Below are positions 50,148 through 61,527 of a DNA stretch of 64,000 nt, piece after piece. The position numbers were made by a program, and so were the translations under genes. How positions within the stretch are numbered: the first letter of the stretch is position 1; every line of letters begins with the position of its first letter. The notes under the pieces were generated by a model. That model had not been told where the DNA came from. It saw nothing but the letters and a program-made list of their open reading frames with translations, and did no database searches. Origin of the DNA: Protoeuglena noctilucae (lineage: Eukaryota); the NCBI GenBank assembly GCA_958009085.1, contig OY253676.1, positions 868,001 to 932,000 of the forward strand, given 5' to 3'.

Positions 50148-52314
50148 ATGGCGGAGAAGATGGGGCCCGGGGAGGAGGCCGTGTGGCAATTCCTTCTCGG
50201 GGCCGTGGCGTTGGGAGTGTCGGTCGCTGTCGGGAGACTCGCTCAGGCGCGTTACGCCCGCCGGGCAGCGCTTCTGGGCTTTCGGAGTGTGCCGCCCTCG
50301 TGGCCCGCCGTTTCGCGAAAGAGAGGCGTTTCATGTACCCGAATGCGTGACGATTTCGGTTTGAATGCCAGCCACTTTCCACGACCGCAGCGGGTCGGAA
50401 TGCCGCTCATCAGCGGTTACCTTTTGGCGGGCATCCTCCTCGGCCCCGACGTGCTGGGCCTGGTGTCGAGGCCGGCCGTCCTGACCCTGCACCCTCTCGA
50501 GTCGGCCTGCCTGGCCGTCATCGCGGTCGCGGCGGGGTCGGAGATGCGGGTGGTGAGGCTGGGCACAGCTCTCCAGAGCAGGGCAGCCCACGCTGTGCCG
50601 CACCCCATCTCGTGCTCATCCTTGCGCGCAGGGAGACCTTAAGCGCTACGGCCGCAACATCTTGGTGCTGGCATTTGCGCTTATGGCGGCCATATGGGCA
50701 GCCGTCTTCGCCACCTGCGTCCTCTTCGCGTCACAGCTCCTGGGGCCGGACAACGTGACCTTCCTCGCACGTGCCCTACGTGACGTTGACCCAGTGGCGG
50801 GAGACCCGGGGCAGCTGGCGGGGGTACCGGATGCTGACCCTGCCACTCCCCAGCCACAGCCGGCAGTGGCGTCGGACGCTGTCCTGTATCCGGTGGCAGC
50901 AGAGGGAGCTGGCGCGAGTCCCACGCCCTTCCCGGGTGTCACTGCGGTGCCCAGCACGCTCCCGGTCGTGGCCTGGGCCTCCCTCTGCGCGACCATCATG
51001 GGCGCCCGCTCGCCCGCCGCTGCCATCGCTGTGGTGAAAGACGAGGGAGCCGCGGGCCCCTTCACCTCCACCATGCTGGCAGTGATCGTGCTCAAGGACG
51101 TTCTGGTCTTCTTAGCGTTCAGTATCAACGTGTCCCTGGTTCGTGCCGCGGACGGCAGCGTGGCGGGGCTCGGGAGCCGCCTGGCCGTGCCGTTTGGGGG
51201 GGTGGGCATGGCCGCGCTGCTGGGCACTGCGGGGGGCGTGTCCCTGGATTATGCGCTGCGGTTTTTGGAGCGCCGGTGGCCCGTGCCGGGGGAGCTTGGG
51301 GAGGCTCAGGGGCCGGGGCGGGGGACGGGCGCGGATGGGTATGACGTCCTTCCTTCGAGCCCGGGGCCGGCGATCACGGCGAGCGGCGTCGAGAGGAGAG
51401 GCGTCAGCGCGCCTACTCCCAGGGCTCGCGGGCGCCAAGAGCGCGCGGACGGGCCCGCCGGCGCCGTGCACCTGGGCTACCTGTTCGGCGTTGAGGCTCC
51501 GTGGCTGGCGCCTCAGCCGGGCCCGAGGGCGGGGGCGCTGGCAGCCAGGGCAGTCGTGGTCGTCGCCATCTCGCTGTCGGTCTGGCACGTGGCGAGGTAA
51601 GGCTGCTGTTTTTGGAAGGTGTCGAGAGCCATGGACGGCCCCTGGGCTCCTGACCCCTCCCCGCCCATCCATACTCGCAGCTTGTGCTGCGAGCCCCTCC
51701 TCGCGTGCGTGGTGGCGGGGACGACGGCCGTGAATGGGACGCGGGAGGTGGCGCGGGGGGGCAGGCGCGCCATGCACCACGGGCTCTCGGCCCTCATGCC
51801 AGGGGTCAACGTGGCCTTCTTCACGCTGGCGGGCGCAACGCTGGAGCTGCGCGCGTTGCGGGGGGGCACCGTCCTGGCGTCTCTTCTCATCTTCGGGGCC
51901 CGCCTTCTCGCCATCGTCGCGACGGCGGTGGCCTCGCCCGTCCTGACCACCCTGCCGCCCCACCACGGCCGCCTGTCGTGGCGCGCGCAGATCACGCAGG
52001 CCGGGGTGGCCCTGGGGTTGGTGCGGACGGCATCGGCGCAGCTCCCGTGGGGCACCGCCCTCTCCTCGTCCCTCGTGCCCGCCGTCCTCGTCAACCTCCT
52101 CATCGGGCCGCCCCTCTTCCGCTCGGCGCTCGCCGCGGCCGGGGAGACGCGCGCGACGCGCCTCCCGACAACCGCGTCTGCGCCGGTGGATGGCGACCGT
52201 GTCGTGCAGCTGGGCGCGGGAGCTCGAACCCCGCAGGCGACGGCGCACCGCTCCATGCCTAGCGACGTGTCGGAGGGGCCCATCGGTGCCGGCCCGGAGT
52301 ACAGGGGGCTCTGA
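50148..52314 (+). CDS. Cation/H+ antiporter (CPA2 / Na+/H+ exchanger family)
   Basis: GRLAQ|RVGMPLISGYLLAGILLGP, AAGSEM, ARSPAAAIAVVKD..GPFTSTML..VLKDV, EPLLACVVAG, FFTLAGA, QAGVALGL; many TM helices. Confidence 0.88.
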
Positions 52315-53159
52315 TTTCGTGCTTTCTACACGTCGTTAGTGGTTTGAACACTGAGTAGTCAAAGGCAGCAAGTAGGACAGGACGGGGGAAGAAGAAGGGG
52401 GCTGCAAATGGGATGTTTGGCCATCTGGCGCTGCAGCACAGCTGGCCGTCTCGGTTTAACAACTCAAACTCAGCCACTCTGGTCCCCAGAGGCGCCCGTG
52501 TATTCCACATCCTGCGGCGTCTACGCCGCGCAAGCCGGGCCGCGCATTGTCCGAGTCACTCGGCCGGCCGTACACACGGGCTTGTCCGGCCTACCTCCCT
52601 GGCCGCACCACTCTCCAGGCCTCACTTTCTATCACCACTTCTGCTTATGGTGAGCTTGGCGTCCGAAGCTCGGGGACTCGTTGAGCCGGCAGCGCGTGGG
52701 ACAGCCCGCCCGCCGTGCGTTGCTTTTGCTTCCTGCCGAGGCCCCAACCCGCTAGATGCATGTGCCCGTGCCAAGCGAATGGTGCTTTGTATCTCGCAAC
52801 AAGTGTGCGATCGCCCGGTAACGCTCCCAAAGTCCCGGGCGACTTTTGACCCTGTGACGCGGCGCAGCCCGGTCTCCGGCCCAGCACTGTCCGTAGTTCG
52901 TACGCGCTTTACTCGCAAGTACACAAGTGCGAGCTTGTGACTGCTGCAAGCCCCCTTCTTCTCTTCGCCCCGCCACCTTTGCGTACCTACCCACGCATGT
53001 GTTAACAAGCCTCCCCGGCAGGCGCGCTCACGTGTCCCTCATCTCATGAAGGGGGTACAGCACGTACATTTAATGGCCGGCGTGGTCATGTGCCCCTCCC
53101 GACGAAACTCTGTGGTTTTTGCAGGCGACGCATTGTTCGTCTCATGGCTCTACGGCGGC

Positions 53160-56016
53160 ATGAGCGGCGACGAGCAGAAGCAGCGGATGCCCTTGCGCCC
53201 GCGTTCGTCTGGAGACGCAGGGTGCGCTCGCTGCACGGCCCTGACTCGCGGAGTGTGGGGAGCATGACCACCATTACTGTGCTTCACTGCTGCTGTGCAT
53301 GCTCCGAGCCGTCCAAGCGCCGAACCGCTCCGCTCATTGCAGCCCCCGTTTATTCCCTCAGACACCTAGAGGATGGCGCCTTTCGCGACCCTGATGACCC
53401 TGCCAAGAGGCCGGCACCTGGCGCACCGGATGTGCTCCCGGATGCGCTCCCGGACGGGTCGGCTGAGGGCGAGGAGCCTTCGCGCTACATCATTTACCGT
53501 GGCAAGCGCTACCGATTAGACGACGGCGACGATGCTCGCAGTGGCGGGTGAGCGCTGCTGCCGTCCTCCCGGGCGAGGCACTGCAATGGGGTTCCTCTGG
53601 TCCTCACTGGGCAGGCACCTCCATCGCTGCTCCGCTCCCTGGCCCCAGCGATGGCGACTGGCGGCCGGTCAAGCCCCGCCCCGAGGCCGTCGTGGTTGGC
53701 GACGAGGGGCCCGAGCCGGCGGCGCCCCGCGACCGCCCGGCCAGCGCTCCCAGCTCTGGGGTGCTGGCCACCCCGTCGACGCGCCACTACGTGCCTCAGG
53801 CGCCGCTCCAGGCAGCGGAGGGCGGGGCCGCAGCGCCGACGAAGAGCAACGAAGCGGGGGGGGCGGAGGTGCCGCAAGCGACCGAGGCAGCGGCGGGGGA
53901 GCACCGCGGTGGCGCCGTGTGGGAGCCCGAGGCTGACGGGCAGGGCAAGGGCGGAGAGGGAGGGGCGGGGCTGTCGAGGTTGGGCGTCCAAGAATCCGAG
54001 CGGGCCGACAGCGGCGACGCACGCGAGGCGTGGGCTGCGGGGGCGGGCCCCAGCCGCGGCACGCTCGTCGCCACGGAGCAGGCGTGGAGAAGCGCGCCCA
54101 ACGACAATGTCTTCCCACCCATATACGTCGCCACGCCAATACGGTGGGCATCTCCACAGCAGTGCATGTGTCCCGGCCCATCCTCTTCCGTCGTTGCCCA
54201 GGCTTAGCCTTGCCTTCCCCGTGCAGTTTCCGCGGGAATGTCCACCCCAGGTTGTGGCCCTCGGGTGGCCCCTCGGCGGGCACAGCCACGGTCTACCCCG
54301 GGCTGCAGCCCCCCCTCGCCCCTCTGGAGGTGCCCCGTGCGCCGTCCATGTCCTTCGCTGCCAACCCCCTCAGCAGCTCGCTGGCGGCGGCACAGGCGAT
54401 CGCAGCTCGGTCCATGGGCCTCTACCTAGGAGGCTACGCCCCGGGTGTTCCCTCGGGCATAACACCGGCCTGGATGGCTCAGCAGGTGCGTGTTGTGCTG
54501 ACCCCAGTCTCGTGTCTCTGTGCAGGTGGCAGTCGGCCATTGCGATGCCGACTTGCCATGCGCTACCCGCAGTGGGCGACGCCGTGGGGATACGCGGGAG
54601 GGGCCGGGGCCACCGCCCCGGCGCACTTTGCGCGCTCGTCGGCGTGGGAGTCGAACGCGGGGTGAGTGGCGCTTTCCTTCCTCGTCAGAGACAGACGCGG
54701 GGATGCATTGGCTGGTATGGATCATGTAGTGCATGGCCTACCGGTCTTGTGGTCTTTGGGTGATACCGGAGGAATGACGCATGGCTCGCCTGGCCGGTGC
54801 GTGCGCAGGCGTGGCCCCACGGCGCTTGGTCCCTGGCCGGGGCTGGCGGCCCAGCCCGAGGGCTGGGTGACGGCCCAGGAGGGGCTGGACGAGGGGCTGT
54901 CGCAGAACGTGACGGCGTCTCCACTGCAGCCCGCAAGCCCGGCCCCTGCATCCGCGCAAGGGCCCACCTCCGGGGCCATGCGCGCCCACGGCTTCACGCA
55001 TGCCCTGGCCCTGGGATTGAATGTCCAGGTGACACTCCATCGCGAGACGGTGCCTCCCCGTTGGCGCGGCGAGGGGCGGGGCCAAAGCCGCAACGCTGGA
55101 CCGACATGGCCGCTGTTCTCGCTCGCAGAGTCTGAAGTCCCGCATTTCGGCCGTGCGTGCCACGGTGACATCCCCGCGCCACCCCCTCGGCCCCTACTGG
55201 ACCGAGATGTGTCCCATCTTCCCCGCCAACGCGCCCCCGGGGTCCCAGAAGATGGCCAAGCGCAACTGCGCCATTCTGCTGGCCGACTCGGGCCTCACCG
55301 CCGCAGGTGCGTGGCCCACGCCGCACCGGGTGCTTGCGGCCCGCGTCGCTCCGAGCCCTGCATCTGGCGCCGAGCTGCCCCGGCTCCCCGTCCCTCCGCA
55401 GGCATCCGCCAGCGCTACAACCACATCATCGAGGAACTGCTGCCCGACGAGCTCCAGCAGGCCGGGGTGACCCTGCAGACGGACCGGGGCCTTCTGGTGC
55501 GCGCCGTTATGATGTGGACCGTGGGGCGGCTGTCTACGGAGGAGCTCGTGGACCTCGGCCTGGCGGACCTCGTGAGGTGCGGGCGGCCTCGGGCCTCGCG
55601 GCGTGGCGCGTTCTCGGCTATGAGGCGTCGCCTGGCGTCCGACCCGCGTGACCCCCTGGCCGTGCCCGCAGGCTCATGCGCATGCCCGAGCTGGCCCTGG
55701 ACGACAACAACGTGAACCAGGCCATCGCGCCCCTCTTCCCCCGGGCCCAGGGCGGCACTACCCGTTACACGGCGTCGGATCTGCTGCTCAGGTGCGCGGC
55801 GGCGGGGCGGCCGAGGGGCGGGGGTAGGGCAGTGGGGGTCCGGACGGAGTCATGAGGTCTGCCCTCAGCCACGCTTGCCCCCCACCTGCCCTCCCCTCCA
55901 GGGTCTGCCTCATGAGCGGCCGGTGGTGGCCGGGTCTCGACGTGCCGGCCTCCACGCGAAAGTCCATCGAGGACACGTTCAACCAGGTCACTGGGGACAT
56001 CGTCAAGGGCAAGTAG
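53160..56016 (+). CDS. Hypothetical multi-exon protein: disordered N-half, folded-looking C-terminal domain
   Basis: Spliced exons SRYIIYRGKRYRL, HPLGPYWTEMCPIFP, IRQRYNHIIEELLP..VRAVMMWTVGRL, VCLMSGRWWPGL..DIVKGK*. Confidence 0.55.
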
Positions 56017-56889
56017 GCCCGATGCGTGCCGATGCGTGCCTAGGGGAATTTCCCGCAGTGGTCCGTGGGAGGAGCGACCTTCCGTATCCTCGGACCCCCC
56101 TGCCTGCCGCCGCACATTCGAGTTGCCGGCGCGCGGGCTGCAAGAACGTACCCACTGGTCAGCTCTGCGACACCTCGCCGCCTCCCATTGCTTTGCTGTC
56201 AGCGGCATGACAGGCCCTTTTCCGCTGTTCTCCTGTCCTCCCCTCCCTTCCCCCTCCCATTGTGACGTTTCTCGCTTTGTGGTCTAGGTTTAGGAGCTGC
56301 CGTCTTCCCTGCTCGCGTGCTCCCCATATGCGCCTGCGTGCTTGTGCGAACAATATACGCGATCCTGTTGCCCCCGCGTGCCTTCAATCGCCTTCTACAC
56401 CGCCCCTGCAACGGTGCCCGTGGGGCTACCCGCTGGCGTGTCCCTGTCATCGGTGTCGCCTGCTCCCCGCAACTTGCGGGGTTACCCTATGCCCGCCCCG
56501 CTCGCGCCAAGAGCGAGGCCCGCGCCCAGAGGCGACCAGAAGTGCGCGTGCGCGTCGAATTGTCTGTTGCGCAGGGCGTCAGGGCTGCCTCCGCCTGGAA
56601 TCCGTCCGTACAGGCCAGGTGAGCCGCACCGCGCCGGGAGCCGGCCTAGCTGCACTCGCGTGGGCACGCTTGGCAACTTCTGTCCTAACCATGTTCGAAT
56701 CCGAGGCCGTGGTCCCAACGGCTCTCTGGTTTTCGAGGAACTGGACCCTCCGATGTAAGTGCGAATCCAGGCCTCCGGGGCCGATACGGACTTGCGTGGC
56801 TGTCCACCGCGTTCGAGATTAAATCCAATCGCCGACCGCATGCCCCCTCCGCCGCTTCAGCGCCCGCAACGCCCCGCCCGCAGGGAAAC

Positions 56890-58117
56890 ATGGCCGCCTC
56901 CGTGACGTGCGCCCCGCCGGCGCTGCCGCTGAAGCTCAAGTGCGCAGGAGTGTCCTCCAGGAGGTGCGCGAGCCGCGCCGCGACTGCACAGTGAAAGCGG
57001 CGGCTGAATTGCTGTAACGTGGCGATGCGGCTCCCCGTGCCCGGGGCCGACGTCCCCGCGTTGCGGCGTGCTCTCCCCTCGACGCTTTCCGCCCTCATCG
57101 ACCCTTGCAGGCCCCTGCTGCGCTGCGGATCCGTCGAGTCGGAAGCGGCGCACCGCGCGCTGTCGCCTGTCAAGGAAGACGTTCGGGCCGTCCCCCGCCC
57201 GTCCGCCGCGGAGCTCAAGCGTGCTCGGAGTCTCGACGCTACTTTCTCGGACAGCGAGCGCATGCTGTCCATGCAGGATATCGACGCCGGAGCCGACGGC
57301 ATGTTCGCCGCCGGGCGAGGCAGCCCCGCGGCCGACCCGCGGGAGTACCGCCCGCGCCAGACGGAGAGCCCCTTCAGGTGGGGAGCTTTGTTGCCGCTGC
57401 GGTTAGCCTCGCGATAGCGCCGCCCCGACAGGCCGGTCATGCCCGCCCGCCTGTCCCTCATCCCGCAGGCCCCCCGCGACGGTGATGGGACCCAGGTGCA
57501 CGTGGCCGCGCGACGCGTACCCCCCCACGGTGGCTGAGGAGGCCGAGCAGCGGGCCCCGGGGCCTCGCTGCGAGTGGCCGCAGTCGCCCAAGGCACGGAT
57601 GGTGGCGGGCGCGAGGGCGGCTGGGCCAGCAGAGGCGGAGCAGGCCCAGGCGACGGCAGCCATCGGCCGCGTGTGGAAGTACGACGGCGGCGCGGCGCAG
57701 GAGGCGCCGGCGGCGTCGGCGAGCGGGCGCGTGGGGCGCGTGTGGAAGTACGACGCCCCGGCGGACCAGGACGCCACCGCGGGTCCGCGCTGCAAGTGGC
57801 CCCGGGACGCCCGGCCTCTGGAGAGCGCGACGGAGTCGGCGGACGCGCCCCTGTCGGCGGACGCGCCCCGGTGCCTGTGGCCCCGCACCAAGGTGTTTGG
57901 GGCGGAGGGCGTCCCTGACGCGGAGCCCTCCCCCGCCAGCGCGGCGGGCGTCGCGGCGGGGGTGGTCTTCGCATCTCGCCTGGGCGCGGCGGCGGGCGCG
58001 AGCCCGGCGGCCGTGTCGGATCTGACGCGCGAGCTCTTGGCCTCGGCTGTGGTGGTCGCGATGGGCGCGCGGAGCCACTGGCCGCGCCGTACCCGCACGG
58101 CCCGGGCCGCGTCGTGA
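56890..58117 (+). CDS. Putative plastid-targeted disordered protein with repeated GPRCxWPR and GRVWKYD motifs
   Basis: MAASVTCAPPALPLKLKCAGVSSRR|PLLRC transit-like start; 2 phase-2 GT-AG introns join in frame; motif repeats lie in the last exon. Confidence 0.7.
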
Positions 58118-58338
58118 GCCGTCAAGCGGCGGTTGCACCAACCTTTGCGTCCCTTTTCTGCATCGCTGCGCTGTGTTGCCTCAGCATGAGGCAGTCCTGT
58201 TAAATTGTTACGGCTATTGCCCCTGCCAGTATGATGGATGTCGATGATATCATCACATACATGACAAGGAACGTGTGCTCCGGCGCGCCGGCATGAATCG
58301 AGGGTTCGCCGCGCAAAGCGGAGCGACACACGGGCGGA

Positions 58339-59244
58339 TTAATTCAGTGCAGTCACTGCTGCCACCGCAGCTCCCGCCGAACGGCCCTTCTGCCGGCTCG
58401 CCTGCGTCACCCGCTTCAGCACCACCGTGAGCTTGTAGCTGGCCCAGATCTTGAAGGGGAACGTGACGGGCTTGATGACTGCCCGGATGCCGATGCTCTC
58501 CGCAAGGGCGACGCTGGCGCGTTGCGGGTCGCCGGGTAAACGCGCCAGCCACTTCGCCGACTGCTGCATCAGGTAAACCACGCGGCGATGTCATGGCTTT
58601 CATGTATGATAACCGCAAGAGGCGCTGGAGCCGTGCGCGAGTTTGCTGTCGCAACAATCGCATGCGTGCGCATACTCGCCTGCTTTGCTTTGGCCGTTGC
58701 GTCGGTGAACGCCCTTGCGACGACATTGTTGCCACCTGATAGCGCCGCACCGAACGTTTTGGACGGCTGCCAGCGGTAGCACAGCGCCCACTGTGCCACA
58801 CAAGGGAGCCGTGCACGTCAAGGCTCCTGGCCACGCCCCATGCCGCGGCGACCCCCCAGGGGACTCCGCAGGGCGCGTGTCCCGGGCTGGCGTGCGTGCT
58901 TTCGCGCCTCACCAGCGTGCCCGCAAGGGCCAGACCCACAACTTCGTGCAGCACAAACGCGGTCGGCACGTCCCGAGCGCTGAGTCCCGCCTCCTCAAAG
59001 ATCTTTCCATACCTGCGCGCGCGGGCAGGAAGGACCCTGGGCAGAGATGGAGTCGCAGAGGCCGTTTATGTAGCCCCCCCTCACCCGGTCGCCCTCACTT
59101 TTTGATCGCTCGTGCCAGCTTGCCCTCCTGCTCCTTTGGCGGGTCGTCAGCAGGGCCCGGCCCGGTCGACTGCGCCCGCCCCCTCTCGCCGGCGCTCCCT
59201 TTGCCCGCCATCAGCCCGTCCAAGCGCAGCTCCTCCTCCTGCAT
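58339..59244 (-). CDS. Small membrane-associated protein, possibly DUF1279/FAM210-like (start uncertain)
   Basis: YGKIFEEAGLSARDVPTAFVLHEVVGLALAGTL|WALCYRWQP...VALAESIGIRAVIKPVTFPFKIWASYKL; GC donor at 58679. Confidence 0.55.
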
Positions 59245-59463
59245 GCACGCAGAGCCTCTGCTGATGCTGGGTGCTGCAGCTACGCGCCGGGGTCGTCGCT
59301 CGACCGGCACCGTCTGTTGCTGCGGACCCCATCGTCATTTGGTGTGGCACGCGCGCGTCGATACCACGCCCTTCGGACGACGGTATGCACGCGCGGGGCA
59401 GCGGCCTTTGGAGGGCGACAAAGCAGCCCAGAAAGCAGCGTGGCTGGCTTCGTGTGGGAGGAC

Positions 59464-60137
59464 ATGGTGACGTTGGAAGCTACACTAGATGACATCACGC
59501 CCGAGGTACTGGCGCATGGTGAGGGTTGCAACTGGCTCATGGCTGAGGGACGTGAGCGGCAAACGGACGGCCAAGAACGGCAGGCACCCGGCCTCCGTCG
59601 CAGCCATGGAAGAGCTGCTCCGGTGCGGGGCGCGGGACGTGGTGGCTGTGCCAGGAACGGGCAAGAAGGGGCGCCCGTGCCACATTCTCAGCGTCCTGTG
59701 CCTGCAAGGTGACATCCAGCCCAATGCCGAGCACGAGCCGTCTAGGGCCAGCGGGGCAGCAATGAAAGCCTCTTTCCGCTCGCGCAGAGGAGGAAGGGCG
59801 CATGATAGAGAAGATATTCCGGGAGACGACAACGCTGGGGGTCCGCGCCATCCCCTGTCGCCGCGCATCCCTGCCGCGCGAAATGCGCCGCTTGCAGGTG
59901 CGCATGGGCAGCGGCGGGGCGGATACCGACCACCAAGTACGCGTCAAAATCGCTCGCCTGGGGGGAGAGGTTGTGAATTGGAAGCTGGAGCACGACGACC
60001 TCGCGGAGATCGCCCGCGTCACCCGGCTGCCGCTCAAGGCCGTCGCGGCGCGCGTCCAGGCAGCAGCATGTCACGCGCTTGGGCTCGGCGTGGAGGACGT
60101 CCGAGATGAGGACGAGACGAGATTGCCCCGCCAGTGA
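59464..60137 (+). CDS. larC: LarC C-terminal (LarC2-like) domain protein, nickel-pincer cofactor nickel-insertion family; the true start may be upstream
   Basis: LEATLDDITPEVLAH|AMEELLRCGARDV..GKKGRPCHILSVLC|..IFRETTTLGVR..R..LPR..VRVKI..VVNWKLEHDDL. Introns 59519-59603 and 59709-59787 are GT-AG and restore the frame. Confidence 0.85.
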
Positions 60138-60255
60138 ACCTTGTGCCAGCTCGCCCAGAACAGGCCCTGCATCGGCGGGCCTCTGCCGACAATCGCTTGA
60201 AATCGGCATCGCTGTGGGATTTCTGCCAAAGACAGCGTGCACTCGGTTTCGGTGT

Positions 60256-60260
60256 TGTAA
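60256..60260 (+). terminator. Polyadenylation signal TGTAA downstream of the LarC-like gene
   Basis: About 120 nt after the stop at 60137. Confidence 0.45.
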
Positions 60261-60643
60261 GGGAGCCAGCCGGGCTAAGCTAGGTCTCCAGGGCCGCGCG
60301 CTTCTTCAGAACCCCATCTGATTATCATCGGGTGCCGTGACGTGCGGGACGACAGGTGGGCCGCGTCTGGGCTCTTCAGCGGGTGCACACGCGCCCCGCG
60401 CTTGCCTGCGCCCTCGGCCCGCGCACTGCATGAGAATATCGTCGCGCGGACCCGCTGGCATTGGGCCCGATGCGGGTGGTGCCCCCAGCGCGCGCGTCCA
60501 CCCCGCACCGCATGCTGGCTCCCGCGCCTATCTCCTCGACGGTCTCGTAAGGCGGCCGCAGCCATCGTCGAGAGGCGTGTTGTCCTGATTGTCGTCCCCG
60601 CCGCGTTGCAGGCTCGCCTCCTTCCTGCGTCATGAGGGCGGGG

Positions 60644-61425
60644 ATGGCCGTCGTCTCCACTTCCGCATCGGGCGCGGTCCCGGCGGCGACCAGCAGGCGG
60701 CATCGGGTCGGGCAGTGTCGCTTATGGTCGTGCGCGGCGCTTTCGCGCCACGTCGAGCCGTGGGGATCTCGCCGGGCTGCGCAGCAGCACCGCGACGGGG
60801 CGAGTGTGTGCGCCACCCCGGTGGGCGTCGCGGACAAGGCCGAGGGCCTGTCGACGGTCGCCGACATCATGACGAGGGGTCCTGGGCTCGTCACCGTGAC
60901 GCCCGACACGCCAGGTGCCGCGCGCAGGGGCCTCAAGCGACCCCTTGGCTGCACAGCACATGGAGGCATCCAAGCCAATTGCGACGGAATGCTTTGGCGC
61001 CCGCAGTGTGGGACGCCCTCGAGCTCCTCAGCAAGCACCGCATCTCGGGGATGCCCGTGCTGGACCCCCGGACGGGGCGCGTGTGCGGCGTGGTGTCGGA
61101 CTTTGACCTCATCGCCATCGACCAGGTCGGCGGCTCGCGGGCCGTGAGCGTCTTCCCGCAGCCTGGGGAGGACTGGGTGGTGTTCCGCGACGTGCAGCGC
61201 CTGGTGGCCAAGACGCGCGCCAAGACGGTGCGCGACGTCATGACGGACGAGCCGTTCGTCGTGACCCCCGACTGCTCCGTCGAGAAGGCCGTGCGCATCC
61301 TGCTGGAGAAGCGACTGCGCCGCCTCCCCGTCGTCGACTCCTTCAAGTCCATGAACCTCGTGGGGATCGTCTCGCGCTCCAATGTGGTGGAGGCCGCCAT
61401 TCGCTCGCTGAGGGGCCCCGAGTGA
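60644..61425 (+). CDS. CBS-pair protein (CBSX1/2-like) with transit peptide
   Basis: TVADIMT..VTVTPDTP|VWDALELLSKHRISGMPV..GVVSDFDL..TVRDVMT..RRLPVVD..LVGIVSRSNVV. Confidence 0.88.
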
Positions 61426-61527
61426 CCCCGGGGCGCACTGGCACGCCTTCGTCTTACGCGTATCTCGTGCATTGCGCGCTTGAAGGTTCGCTACGGTCAC
61501 TTGGCTAAGCACTTGCTCCCGCCCCGC

